A DNA stretch of 64,000 nucleotides, taken from a candidate division WOR-3 bacterium (lineage in GTDB: Bacteria > Hydrothermota > 32-111). The stretch spans positions 896,001 to 960,000 of the forward strand of contig JBDRZU010000001.1 of assembly GCA_039804105.1 (NCBI GenBank). The letters are read 5' to 3'. Shown in pieces: positions 47,289 through 57,228 of this stretch (position 1 is the stretch's first letter; each line of letters begins with the position of its first letter). The notes under the pieces are model-generated. The model worked only from the letters and a program-made list of their open reading frames with translations, was not told where the DNA came from and did no database searches. Both the position numbers and the translations under genes were made by a program.

Positions 47289-49184
47289 TTATTTAACTGT
47301 GACAATCTTCTTTGTGAAACTGTTGACACCATCGTTAACTTTCACAAAGTAAACACCTTGTTTGAGATTAAGATTGAGCGAGTGTGTTCCTTTTGCGAAG
47401 AATTTTTTAACTTTGTTTACAACTCTACCTGTTGCATCATAAACTGATATTTCAACATTCCTTCCTTCACTCATAACAAAACTTATTGCTCCATTCTTGC
47501 TGAATGAGGAAATATTGTAAACATTTTTATTAACTTTTGAAGAAATTTCTGAATTAATTCCCCATACAGTTGTTCCAAGTTCTTCCCAAACAATTGTTGG
47601 ATCGTTTATATCAACTGATGCATAATATATTGAATCCTGTGAACCAGAAACACCTGCTATGTGTATTAATCCATTTTCGTCAACATATTTACCACATTCA
47701 ACTTCATAAAGTCCTGCATTTAATATAATTGTTGATCTATAAACTTTATCTGTAACAGGATCAAGTTTCAACGCTTCAACTGATGTTCCACCAAATGCTG
47801 GATCAACATAATCAAGGTAAACTATATACATATTATCTGTTGCTTCATCATAGCAGAGGTTTGCACTGTATGCATTTCCTCTCCATGTTGCTGTTGTTCC
47901 TGTATTATCCAAAATATCACCATCATGTATATCTATATAGTCGTATCTAAAGTTTGTTTCACCATCAAATTTATATCCAAAAAGAATTGACTGACCCTGC
48001 CATATGAATGTATAGAGATCACCTGATTCATAATAGTCAACAAAAAGATCAGCCATTGGCACAACATAAGCCATCACACCTGTACCTCTTTCTGGATAGA
48101 ATTCAGCATCCCACCAGTACCACCATGTTCCAAATCCATCTCCAAGTGGTTGTCCAAGTTCATCTGTCCATCCACCTGTTGCAACATCAAGATATGCTTT
48201 AACAGCAAATGCATCGTTTGTTGTATTTGCTGTAGTATCAAGATTATAAATTACTGTATCACCATTTAGTGTATTGACATTTGGCCAGATGTTTCCATCA
48301 AAAAGTCCATAGAAAGCATCCCATGTAACACCAAGATCTGTTGTCTTTGCATAACCTGGAACTATGGCTGAACCAGGACCTGATGGATAAATGTCTGACC
48401 TTGTTTCATCTTTCCACACCATTCCAAAAATACCATGAACATCATCGTTGTTTCCCCATCTTATTGCTGAAACATCTATATCCCAGAGAGTATCATTGTT
48501 AAGTGTTGCTGGCCAATCGTATGTTCCCCATGTTGCACCGTAATCTGTTGAGTAGTTTGAACCAAATCCACCCATCGCATCATAAGCGATCATTACAACT
48601 TTGTCTCCATCAGGATTAACTGCTATTGATGGCATATAAGCCACATAATTTGCTGTATCTGTCACAAGTATTGGTGCACTCCATCCACCACCATTTGCTC
48701 CAAGAAGATCTGCTGTGAACCAATCACCCCAATATGCTGAGGTTCTATAGTTTACTATAACATATGGTGCTTCACCTAATGCTGCAACTGATGCCATTTC
48801 GTTATAGTTTCTTGCAAATGGACCTGATGCTGTTATCAGTGTTGGAGTTGACCATGTTGAACCACCATCTGTTGTTGCTGTATAATAAACACCTCTAAAA
48901 GCACCACCATTATACCAACCGGTAACAACCTGTATTATCTGTCCATCTTTTGATGAAACAATACTCTGAAGTGGTGTTGGAGCAAATCCTCTCATATCAC
49001 CACCAAGTTCAAGTATTCCCTTCATACCTGCTGCCTGTGCATTGGCATCTTTTGTTTCGAAGAATTTACCATCCTGTGAAACTTTTGTGACCTGTTTTAT
49101 CTTTGCAAGTGCATCATTTGCTGGCATTGCAAACAATGAAAATGCAAATGCCAATACAAAGAGAAGAACAAAAATTCTCTTCAT
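47289..49184 (-). CDS. T9SS-sorted protein with BNR/Asp-box motifs
   Basis: Asp-boxes TTDGGSTW, STDYGATW, TTDLGVTW; CTD ISVYDATGRVV...QGVYFVKV...KKIVTVK. Confidence 0.85.
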   Translation of the reverse strand: MKRIFVLLFVLAFAFSLFAMPANDALAKIKQVTKVSQDGKFFETKDANAQAAGMKGILELGGDMRGFAPTPLQSIVSSKDGQIIQVVTGWYNGGAFRGVYYTATTDGGSTWSTPTLITASGPFARNYNEMASVAALGEAPYVIVNYRTSAYWGDWFTADLLGANGGGWSAPILVTDTANYVAYMPSIAVNPDGDKVVMIAYDAMGGFGSNYSTDYGATWGTYDWPATLNNDTLWDIDVSAIRWGNNDDVHGIFGMVWKDETRSDIYPSGPGSAIVPGYAKTTDLGVTWDAFYGLFDGNIWPNVNTLNGDTVIYNLDTTANTTNDAFAVKAYLDVATGGWTDELGQPLGDGFGTWWYWWDAEFYPERGTGVMAYVVPMADLFVDYYESGDLYTFIWQGQSILFGYKFDGETNFRYDYIDIHDGDILDNTGTTATWRGNAYSANLCYDEATDNMYIVYLDYVDPAFGGTSVEALKLDPVTDKVYRSTIILNAGLYEVECGKYVDENGLIHIAGVSGSQDSIYYASVDINDPTIVWEELGTTVWGINSEISSKVNKNVYNISSFSKNGAISFVMSEGRNVEISVYDATGRVVNKVKKFFAKGTHSLNLNLKQGVYFVKVNDGVNSFTKKIVTVK

Positions 49185-49261
49185 TTTACCTCCTATCTTT
49201 AAGGTTTCTTTTTTTCGTGAGAAGAACCATCTCTTTTTAATTTTTCCTCCTTTTATTTATT

Positions 49262-49290
49262 ATTTTAGAATCAAGTTAAAAAAAAGTCAA
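49262..49290 (-). promoter_or_regulatory. promoter of the surface-protein locus
   Basis: TTGACT-17nt-TAAAAT. Confidence 0.6.
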
Positions 49291-49299
49291 TAGTTTTTT

Positions 49300-49373
49300 T
49301 ACACCCGAAAGGATTTGAACCTTCAACCTGCGGAACCGGAATCCGCTGCTCTATCCAGTTGAGCTACGGGTGT
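49300..49373 (-). tRNA. tRNA-Arg(CCG), CCA not encoded
   Basis: ACACCCG TA GCTC..GAGC A GCGGA-TT-CCG-GT-TCCGC...GGTTCAAATCC..CGGGTGT A. Confidence 0.95.
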
Positions 49374-49465
49374 CATTTTTTCTTCTTATGACGCATCGCT
49401 TTTCTTCTTTTTTTTCTTTTATGAGTTGCTATTTTTTTTCTTTTTCTCTTTCTTCCACAGGGCAT
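49373..49465 (-). CDS. 30S ribosomal protein bS22 (AURKAIP1/COX24, mS38-like), 30 aa
   Basis: AAGGAGG-TATAA-ATG, translating as MPCGRKRKRKKIATHKRKKRRKAMRHKKKK*. Closely matches the Bacteroidota bS22 pattern (MP.G.KRKR.K.ATHKRKKR....RHKKK). Below the ORF-track length cutoff. Confidence 0.9.
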   Translation of the reverse strand: MPCGRKRKRKKIATHKRKKRRKAMRHKKKK

Positions 49466-49475
49466 TTATACCTCC

Positions 49476-49784
49476 TTATCTTTTTTCAACTTTCTCCTTT
49501 AATATTTTTGATGGTTTAAAAGCAGGAACATATCTTTCTGGAACCTCAACCTGTGCTCCAGTTTTTGGATGTCTTGCAATTCTCTGTCTTCTCTTCTTTG
49601 TTTTAAAAACCCCAAGGCCCCTTATCTCGATTCTATCTCTGTTAACAAGTGTTTCAGTTATTAGATCTATCAATGTTTCAAAACAGATTTCAACATCCCT
49701 TCTCATAACCCCTGTTCTTTCAGCAATCTGATCTATCACATCCGCTTTTGTTTTGGTTTTTGCCTTATCTTTTACTTCAGCCAT
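49476..49784 (-). CDS. HU/IHF family DNA-binding protein
   Basis: Motifs TKADVI, IEIRGLGVF, ARHPKTG, VPAFKPS. Confidence 0.93.
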   Translation of the reverse strand: MAEVKDKAKTKTKADVIDQIAERTGVMRRDVEICFETLIDLITETLVNRDRIEIRGLGVFKTKKRRQRIARHPKTGAQVEVPERYVPAFKPSKILKEKVEKR

Positions 49785-49842
49785 ACTTCCCCCTTTTTGT
49801 TAATATTATCAATTGATTTTTAAAAGTCAAGTTTTTATATCA

Positions 49843-50340
49843 TTAAAATTCTTTTCTTATTCTATCTATAAAGTTTTTCAAATTCATCACTACAAGAGAA
49901 TCTTTACATTCTTCTTCAGAAAATGTTGTTGAAAAAATTTTTTCAGTTAAAATGTTTTCTCTAAGATTAGAAATCTGGTATTCTGTGGCCAAAGAATACT
50001 TATAACTTTTTATGTTTCCATCATCGTTGTATTCATACACTTTTTTTGAATAATCTTTAATAGTAATGTTTAAACTATCATTTTCTTTCGTCTGAACAAT
50101 TTTTACATTTGCATAAACTGGAAAGATTTCAAAGATCTTGTTGTAAAATTTTTCTTCAAAATCAAGATAGTAAGTTCTGTTTTCTATTTTTTCCAAAACA
50201 ATTTTATCAAAAGGCAAACTTCCTTTTACAAACGAATAGATGCAACCTTCTACACTAATCAGAAATAGTATAGTTATTAAAAAGATACCTTTTGATTTTT
50301 TTCGTTGTTGTTTTAGGAAATTCTTCATATCTAATATCAA
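49843..50340 (-). CDS. LptE-like lipoprotein
   Basis: Lipobox-like VEGC followed by YSF.KGSL...I....ENRT...E, typical of FCB LptE. Start uncertain; overlaps the upstream gene. Confidence 0.6.
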   Translation of the reverse strand: MILDMKNFLKQQRKKSKGIFLITILFLISVEGCIYSFVKGSLPFDKIVLEKIENRTYYLDFEEKFYNKIFEIFPVYANVKIVQTKENDSLNITIKDYSKKVYEYNDDGNIKSYKYSLATEYQISNLRENILTEKIFSTTFSEEECKDSLVVMNLKNFIDRIRKEF

Positions 50341-51976
50341 AATTTTTCACTCTTTTATAATCAGCAAGATTTTCACATATTTTTGCTATCTCTTTCCCTA
50401 TTATCTCTTTTAACTCTTTATGCCCTTCCTCTTCTGAAAGATTTTTTTTCATAACACTTTCGATAAGTTCAGGATTCGGATAAACAACAGCACCAACTTC
50501 TTCTCTTCCAGTTTTTTTATTTATCACAGGCAATACCAGAACTTCTTCAATAAGTTCACTTTCTGCAAGCATTTCTTCAATCTCTTCAGGATATACATTT
50601 TTCCCTGCTTCAGTTACTATTATTGATTTTTTTCTTCCTGAAATATAAAGATAACCTTCTTTATCCTTATACCCAATATCACCCGTATAAAACCATCCAT
50701 CTTTTATAACAGCATCGGTTGCAGATTGGTTGTTGTAATAACCTTTCATAACGATTGGGCCTCTGATTTTCAGTTCACCTTCTCCATTTTCATTCGGATT
50801 ATCTATTTCAACTTCAACTCCCTCTATTGGAATACCAATAGAACGATGTTTGTATTTATGTAAAGGATTTACTGAAACAACTGGAGAGGTCTCAGTAAGA
50901 CCATATCCTTGAACAAGCAAAAATCCAAATGATTCAAAACTTTCAGCGACTTCTGGTTTTAATGCAGCACCACCCGAAATCATTAACCTTATAGTTGAAA
51001 GTCCAGATTTTTCCCTCAAAGATTTAAAAATTGGACTTCCAAGTTTTATGTTAAGTAAAAATTTTGAACCTTTTTCAATAGCAAGCATTCCGTTGACTAT
51101 AGTATTTGTTACGGGAGATTTTTTGATCGCTCGTTTTATTCCAAGGATTATTTTTTCAAAAAGAAGAGGAACACCAAGCATAATTGTTGATTGTGAATCT
51201 TTGATATCCTCTAAAATTTCGTTTGGTTTTAAAGATCTCGCATATGTTATCGTGCAACCATTATACAACGGTAATAAAAAACCCGCTGTTGCCTCAAATG
51301 TGTGGTGAAGAGGAAGAACTGATATGAATCTGTCATTCTCTTTTACCTCTATGAGTTTTGCACTGTATATGATATCATAACTTACATTCCTGCTTGTTAA
51401 CATAACTCCCTTTGATTGTCCTGTTGTACCCGATGTAAAAATTATAACATACGGATCATCAAGAGAAACTTTTACATCCTTGTATCTGTGAGAACCTGAT
51501 TCAACAAGTTTTCTTCCTTCTTCAAGTGCAACATAAAAAGATGTTTCGTGGGTATGCTCGACTTCATCCATTGAAATAACATGCTTTAAATTTGGAAGCG
51601 AATCCTTTATCTCATTTATAAGATCTAAATATCTCGGAGATACAAAAATCCCTTTTGCTCCAATGTAATGCAGTATCATCTTTATCTCTTTTTCTTTTAA
51701 CATCGAATCAATTGGAATTACATAAGCACCAGTTCTTGCTATAGAAAGATAGGAAACTGCCCACTCAGGTCGATTCTCCCCAAGTACAGCAAAAGCATCT
51801 CCTCTTTTGACACCAAGATGTAAAAGGTACTCAGCAAGTTTTTTTGTCATATCGTTCAACTGCTCATAAGTTATCGATTTGAAAGTATATCCTGATTTTA
51901 TCTGTAAAGCGATTTTACTTCCAAATTTTCTTGCAGAAATTTCTGGAATATCCTTGATTAAAAATAGATCTTCCAT
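50255..51976 (-). CDS. long-chain fatty-acid--CoA ligase (AMP-binding)
   Basis: Motifs IFTSGTTGQSKG, QGYGLTETSP, GWFYTGDIG, GRKK...GKNVYPEEIE. Confidence 0.92.
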   Translation of the reverse strand: MEDLFLIKDIPEISARKFGSKIALQIKSGYTFKSITYEQLNDMTKKLAEYLLHLGVKRGDAFAVLGENRPEWAVSYLSIARTGAYVIPIDSMLKEKEIKMILHYIGAKGIFVSPRYLDLINEIKDSLPNLKHVISMDEVEHTHETSFYVALEEGRKLVESGSHRYKDVKVSLDDPYVIIFTSGTTGQSKGVMLTSRNVSYDIIYSAKLIEVKENDRFISVLPLHHTFEATAGFLLPLYNGCTITYARSLKPNEILEDIKDSQSTIMLGVPLLFEKIILGIKRAIKKSPVTNTIVNGMLAIEKGSKFLLNIKLGSPIFKSLREKSGLSTIRLMISGGAALKPEVAESFESFGFLLVQGYGLTETSPVVSVNPLHKYKHRSIGIPIEGVEVEIDNPNENGEGELKIRGPIVMKGYYNNQSATDAVIKDGWFYTGDIGYKDKEGYLYISGRKKSIIVTEAGKNVYPEEIEEMLAESELIEEVLVLPVINKKTGREEVGAVVYPNPELIESVMKKNLSEEEGHKELKEIIGKEIAKICENLADYKRVKNFDIRYEEFPKTTTKKIKRYLFNNYTISD

Positions 51977-51985
51977 CAAAGCTCC

Positions 51986-52579
51986 TTATTCGTTAACATC
52001 TATAAGTTCCCATTCTGAATAGTTACCGTTTGTGTATTCCAACCTTTTGTATACTAAACCTTTTGAAATCGACCAATAAAGGTAACCATAGTAATCATCT
52101 TCCATAATTTTCACTTTAACAACATCTTTAAAGGTTCCTGCACTCACTTCAACAGTTGTATCAATTGCAGCGATTTTTCGAGTTTCTGATTTATATGGCC
52201 AGGAGTTATCAATTTTAACTGGAGTTTCAAGATACACTTCCTCTTCTGAAAAACCGGAAAAATACTCATCCTTTCCATAAAAGATTAAATTTTCGTCTTT
52301 GTCAATCACCAAAAATCTTGTTTGACCATCATCATTTATCGTGTAAACCTTTCTGTCGGTTTTCTCGGTAAAATCAATTATTTTCCATTCATAATTGTCT
52401 GTTGTGGTATAGTTTATCGCTGAAATATAAGTTGTAAACTTGTAATAGTAAGTCATATCCTCTTTTAAACTGGATGACCAATCATAAATATTATTAGCAT
52501 CTTTAACCCATGGCAGAAGTGTGCAACTTGATACGATTAAAGCAACAAGAAAAATGAAAAAAGAAAATTTTTTAACCAT
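51986..52579 (-). CDS. hypothetical lipoprotein
   Basis: VSSC lipobox; TVEVSAGTFKDVVKV...W....GLV pattern. Confidence 0.7.
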   Translation of the reverse strand: MVKKFSFFIFLVALIVSSCTLLPWVKDANNIYDWSSSLKEDMTYYYKFTTYISAINYTTTDNYEWKIIDFTEKTDRKVYTINDDGQTRFLVIDKDENLIFYGKDEYFSGFSEEEVYLETPVKIDNSWPYKSETRKIAAIDTTVEVSAGTFKDVVKVKIMEDDYYGYLYWSISKGLVYKRLEYTNGNYSEWELIDVNE

Positions 52580-52587
52580 TTTACCTC

Positions 52588-53754
52588 CTAATACATATCT
52601 GTTATCTCACAGCCCCTTTTAATTATCTCTTGAGCGATAACAAGCCGTTGTATCTGATTGGTCCCTTCATATATTTGTGTTATTTTTGCATCTCTCATCA
52701 TCTTTTCAACAGGATACTCTTTTATATATCCATAACCACCAAAAACCTGAACTGCATCAGTAGTAACTTCCATAGCAACATCCGAACAGAAAGTTTTTAC
52801 CATAGAACCAACTCTTGCGATATCCTTTCCACCACCATCAACATATCTTGCGGATGTGTATGTTAACGCTCTTGCTGCTTCGATCTTTATCGCCATATTT
52901 GCTATCATATTTTGAACCATCTGGAATGAGATGATTTTTTGTCCAAACTGAACTCTCTGTTGAGCATAGTTAACAGATTCTTCGTATGCACCCTGTGCTA
53001 TACCAAGTGCCTGAGCACCAACTCCGATTCTTGAATAATCAAGTGTCTTCATTGCAACTTTAAATCCCTGTCCTTCACCTCCAAGAATATTCTCCTTTGG
53101 AACCTTACAGTTATCAAATACAAGTTCAACAGTTGCAGATGCTCTTATACCCATCTTGTTTTCATGTTTTCCAAAAGTAAACCCTTTCTCTCCTTTTTCA
53201 ACTATGAATGCTGTTAATCCTCTTATCCCTTTTTCCGGGTTTGCATTCGCTATAATTACATATATATCGGCAACCTCACCATTTGTAATAAATTGCTTTG
53301 TGCCTGTCAAATAAAAATAATCGCCATCCTTTTTTGCAACAGTTTTTATGTTTGATGCATCACTTCCAGCGTCTGGTTCAGTTAAACCAAAAGCAGCAAG
53401 TTTTTCTCCGGATGCTATCTGTGGTAAATATTTTTTCTTCTGCTCTTCGTTTCCAAACAGTATTATAGGCATAGTTCCAAGACCTGTTCCAGCATATCCT
53501 AATGCTATACCAGCACAAACTCTTGATAATTCTTCTGTCGCTATAGACATTCCAGTGATTCCAAGACCCATACCTTCATATTCTTCAGGTATAAAAACTC
53601 TGAAAAGATCTGATTTCGCAAGGTATTCCATTATTTCATAAGGAAATTTTGCTGTTTCATCATATTCCTGTCTTACTGGTTTTATCTTTTCTTCTGCGAT
53701 CTGTCTTGAAAGATTCTTCACTTCAAGAAGTTCTTCTGATAATAAAAGATGCAT
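52588..53754 (-). CDS. acyl-CoA dehydrogenase (butyryl-CoA dehydrogenase-like)
   Basis: Motifs FGLTEPDAGSDA, GTKQFITNG, RDAKITQIYEGTNQIQR. Confidence 0.95.
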   Translation of the reverse strand: MHLLLSEELLEVKNLSRQIAEEKIKPVRQEYDETAKFPYEIMEYLAKSDLFRVFIPEEYEGMGLGITGMSIATEELSRVCAGIALGYAGTGLGTMPIILFGNEEQKKKYLPQIASGEKLAAFGLTEPDAGSDASNIKTVAKKDGDYFYLTGTKQFITNGEVADIYVIIANANPEKGIRGLTAFIVEKGEKGFTFGKHENKMGIRASATVELVFDNCKVPKENILGGEGQGFKVAMKTLDYSRIGVGAQALGIAQGAYEESVNYAQQRVQFGQKIISFQMVQNMIANMAIKIEAARALTYTSARYVDGGGKDIARVGSMVKTFCSDVAMEVTTDAVQVFGGYGYIKEYPVEKMMRDAKITQIYEGTNQIQRLVIAQEIIKRGCEITDMY

Positions 53755-53769
53755 CAAACCTCCTATATG

Positions 53770-54174
53770 TTATTTTCTATTCTTTTCAAACCAATCTTTT
53801 AAATAATCTATCACTTCTTTCGTTTGACTGCCCGGACCGAAAAGTTTTCCAACACCCATTTTTTCAAGTTCTTCCATATCTTCTTTAGGTATAATACCAC
53901 CACCAAAAAGAAGTATATCATCCCTTTTGTTCTCTCTCAAAAGTTTTAGGACTTTTGGAAAAATTGTCATATGTGCACCTGAAAGAATCGAAAGTCCAAC
54001 AGCATCAACATCTTCATCGATTGCGGTTTTTACTATTTTTTCAGGTGTTTGATGTAATCCTGTATATATAACTTCCATTCCAGCATCTGATAATGCTGAT
54101 GCAATTACTTTTGCTCCCCTATCATGTCCATCAAGTCCAGGTTTTGCAACAAGAACTTTTATTTTTCTTTCCAT
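53770..54174 (-). CDS. B12-binding small subunit of an acyl-CoA mutase (methylmalonyl/isobutyryl-CoA mutase)
   Basis: Motifs [28 protein letters not shown]. Confidence 0.93.
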   Translation of the reverse strand: MERKIKVLVAKPGLDGHDRGAKVIASALSDAGMEVIYTGLHQTPEKIVKTAIDEDVDAVGLSILSGAHMTIFPKVLKLLRENKRDDILLFGGGIIPKEDMEELEKMGVGKLFGPGSQTKEVIDYLKDWFEKNRK

Positions 54175-55115
54175 ATATCCTCCAAACTTTTCAGATCAAT
54201 TTTTCTAAAGATTTTTTCAGATATTTCATAAGGTGAAATATCTCTATCTTTTGTATTTTCTATAATTTTTAACTCCCTGTCAATACTTTTTATGAACATA
54301 TCCCTTAAAATATCTCTCACCTCTTTATTTTTTCTTGTTTTTCTTTTTCTTTCAACTATTCCATTTTCCATAAACATTTTTTTTACCCGTTCAATCTCCT
54401 CAACAAGTTTATCAATATTATGATCATCTTTTGCTGAAACATTTATAACAGGCGGAATAATCTCCTTATCTCTGGTTTTCATTTGTAAAATCGATTTTAG
54501 ATATTCTGATGTTTTTTCTGCACCTTCTCTATCAGATTTGTTAACAACAAAAATATCACCTATCTCCATGATTCCTGCTTTCATTGCTTGAATAGAATCC
54601 CCTGATTCTGGAACAAGCACCACCATGACAAGATCTGTGATCTCCATAACATCAAGTTCAGATTGTCCAACACCAACAGTTTCAACAAGTATCAAATCTG
54701 TTCCAAAGATTTCCAGAACCTGTAAAATGTTTTCAGTTGAAGATGACAATCCACCAAGAGAACCTCTTGATGCCACGGACCTCATATAAACATTATCAAA
54801 TTTATACAGGTTATCCATCCTTAACCTATCACCAAGTATTGCTCCTCCAGTAAATGGGCTTGATGGATCTACTGCTAAAACCGACAAATGATTATATCTT
54901 TTAGCAAACCTTTCAACAAGTTTGTTAACCAGAGTTGATTTACCTACTCCAGGTGGACCTGTGATTCCAATTCTAAAACTTTCTTTTCTTTCTTTATAAT
55001 ATCTTTTCAAAAATTCGATTCCCTCAGGAGTTTCGTTGTCAACGAGTGTGATAATTTTTGCAAGCGTAACCCTATCTTTTTCTTTGAGTTTTTTCAAAAG
55101 ATTTTCGATCTCCAT
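54159..55115 (-). CDS. meaB: methylmalonyl-CoA mutase-associated GTPase
   Basis: Motifs [42 protein letters not shown]. Confidence 0.93.
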   Translation of the reverse strand: MEIENLLKKLKEKDRVTLAKIITLVDNETPEGIEFLKRYYKERKESFRIGITGPPGVGKSTLVNKLVERFAKRYNHLSVLAVDPSSPFTGGAILGDRLRMDNLYKFDNVYMRSVASRGSLGGLSSSTENILQVLEIFGTDLILVETVGVGQSELDVMEITDLVMVVLVPESGDSIQAMKAGIMEIGDIFVVNKSDREGAEKTSEYLKSILQMKTRDKEIIPPVINVSAKDDHNIDKLVEEIERVKKMFMENGIVERKRKTRKNKEVRDILRDMFIKSIDRELKIIENTKDRDISPYEISEKIFRKIDLKSLEDIWKEK

Positions 55116-55630
55116 CAGAATTCGATTCCTTCTCTGGCATTAACACCTTTTTTAAAATAATGTTTGATCTCCTTCATCTCAGTTACAAGATCAGCATTCT
55201 CTATAATCTTCTTCGTTGCACCTCTTCCAGTTAAAACGAGTTCCACATCACTTGGTTTATTTTTCATAATTTCAACAATAATATTCTCATCAACCATTTT
55301 AAATAGAACCGTTACAAGGATTTCATCGAGTATAACAATATCATAAAGTCCTGAAAAAATAATTTCCTTACTTTTTTCAATACCCTTGTTTACAAGATCT
55401 ATCTCTTCAGTTTTGAGATTTTTGGGATCTATAAAATAAGGGAAACCAAATTGAAGAAAAGTTATTTCTTTTGAAAGTAACAGGTATTCTCCATAGGTTT
55501 CACTTTTTTTTAAAAATTGAACGATTGCTACTTTCTTACCTTTTCCCAAAGCTCTTATTGCAAGACCTAAAGCAGCTGTAGTTTTCCCTTTACCATCCCC
55601 AGTATAAACCTGTATATATCCTTTTTCCAT
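55115..55630 (-). CDS. cobO: cob(I)alamin adenosyltransferase (CobO/BtuR/CobA type)
   Basis: Motifs VYTGDGKGKTTAALG, QFLK, LDE, ELVLTGR, ADLVTEM..IKHY. Confidence 0.9.
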   Translation of the reverse strand: MEKGYIQVYTGDGKGKTTAALGLAIRALGKGKKVAIVQFLKKSETYGEYLLLSKEITFLQFGFPYFIDPKNLKTEEIDLVNKGIEKSKEIIFSGLYDIVILDEILVTVLFKMVDENIIVEIMKNKPSDVELVLTGRGATKKIIENADLVTEMKEIKHYFKKGVNAREGIEF

Positions 55631-55639
55631 TTTTTTATA

Positions 55640-55882
55640 TTATAGTTCATCTATTGGGACACCAAGTTGTGTTGATGATTCAAGGTATGGTGAAAATTCA
55701 AGGATGAAATCCATAGCTTTCTCTTCGTTTGGTGCTTCAAAGATGAGATAGAAATCTGGTTTTCCAAACATCTGAAGGAAATGGAGTATTTTGATATCAT
55801 CCGGTGGAGTTATCTTTTTTACAAGTTCTAAAGCTTTATCTGTATTACCTGGTATTATTTCAAGTGTTGAAACAAAAATCAT
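55640..55882 (-). CDS. GYD-domain-like small protein
   Basis: 80 aa; FGKPDFYLIFEAPNEE resembles the G.YD...I.EAP.. pattern. Confidence 0.55.
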   Translation of the reverse strand: MIFVSTLEIIPGNTDKALELVKKITPPDDIKILHFLQMFGKPDFYLIFEAPNEEKAMDFILEFSPYLESSTQLGVPIDEL

Positions 55883-57219
55883 ATTACCTCTTTTAAATTT
55901 TTTATCAAAAGATCTATATCCTCTTTACTCCTTTTTTCAGTTGAAGCGATTAGAAGAACATCTTTGTAATCTTTTGAAAATTTTTCAAGGTTTACACCTA
56001 TAAGAAATCCTCTTTCTTTCATCTTTTTGTAAATTTCGTTTAAACCGTGTATTCTTACTGGAAATTCATTGAAGAACTCTTTTTTATCATATAGAATTTC
56101 TACACCTTTCACCTCTTTTAATCTTTCTTTCAAATAATGTGCTGAAAGTAAAGAATCTGTGCTGACCTTTTTCAAACCTTTTTTACCAAGTGATGAAAGG
56201 TAAACTGTTGCCATAAGCATACAGAGCCCTTCGTTCGTGCATATGTTGGAAGTTGCTTTTTCTCTTTTGATGTGTTGTTCCCTTGTTTGAAGTGTCATAA
56301 CAAAAGATTCTTTTCCATTTTTATCCTTTGTTCTTGCGATTATTCTTCCTGGCATATTTCTGATATACTCCTTCTTGCTTGTAAATATACCAAGAAGTGG
56401 TCCACCAAAACTCTGCTCTATTCCAAACACCTGCCCTTCTCCTATAGCGATATCTGCTCCCATATCACCTGCTGGCTTTAAAATCGGTAGAGTCATCGGA
56501 TTCTGGTTCACTATAAACATAACACCTTTTTCTTTAACAATTTTTCCAATCCTTTCTCCATCCTCAATCAATCCAAAAAAGTTTGGTGTTTGCAAAACAA
56601 AAGCAGCATAGGAATCATCAAGTTTTTTTTCAAGTTGTTCTATGTCAAGTGTTCCATCTTTCAGATCAACAAAATCACAATGTATATTCTGTCCTTTAAG
56701 GTAGGTATGAATAACTTCAAGAATTTTTACATTCAATCCTTTTGAAATTAAAACTTTTTCTTTACCCTTAATCGACATTGCCATATGACACGCTTCTGCA
56801 GTTGCTGTTGCTCCATCATACATCGATGCGTTTGCAACATCCATCTTAAAAAGTTCACAAACCATCGACTGATATTCATAAATCGATTGTAATGTTCCCT
56901 GAGAAACTTCAGGTTGATATGGAGTATATGCTGTGTAGAATTCAGGCCTTGAAATTATATGTTTTATAACTGGTGGTATATAATGATCATATATCCCACA
57001 TCCCATAAAGGAAATATAATCTTCTGTTGTTTTGTTCTTTTCGGCAATCTTTTTCACATTTTTCAGAAGTTGATATTCAGATATTCCTTGATCAAGTTCT
57101 TTGAGCTCACTCCTTAGATTTTCTGGAATATGTTTTATCAATTCATCAAAACTTTTTACACCGATCTCATTTAAAAGTTCTTTTTTCTTTTTTTCATCTG
57201 AAGGTATATACTTTTTCAT
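55879..57219 (-). CDS. gcvPA: glycine dehydrogenase subunit 1
   Basis: Motifs FYTAYTPYQPEVSQG, ANASMYDGATA, LQTREQHIKREKATSNICTN. Confidence 0.96.
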   Translation of the reverse strand: MKKYIPSDEKKKKELLNEIGVKSFDELIKHIPENLRSELKELDQGISEYQLLKNVKKIAEKNKTTEDYISFMGCGIYDHYIPPVIKHIISRPEFYTAYTPYQPEVSQGTLQSIYEYQSMVCELFKMDVANASMYDGATATAEACHMAMSIKGKEKVLISKGLNVKILEVIHTYLKGQNIHCDFVDLKDGTLDIEQLEKKLDDSYAAFVLQTPNFFGLIEDGERIGKIVKEKGVMFIVNQNPMTLPILKPAGDMGADIAIGEGQVFGIEQSFGGPLLGIFTSKKEYIRNMPGRIIARTKDKNGKESFVMTLQTREQHIKREKATSNICTNEGLCMLMATVYLSSLGKKGLKKVSTDSLLSAHYLKERLKEVKGVEILYDKKEFFNEFPVRIHGLNEIYKKMKERGFLIGVNLEKFSKDYKDVLLIASTEKRSKEDIDLLIKNLKEVI

Positions 57220-57228
57220 AATATCCTC

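Noticed and set aside
49290..49310. tRNA 3' ends as integration sites for an island
   Set aside because: No integrase, transposase or duplicated tRNA 3' end was noticed in the window.
49426..49731. 101-aa + strand ORF
   Set aside because: Antisense shadow of the HU and bS22 genes.
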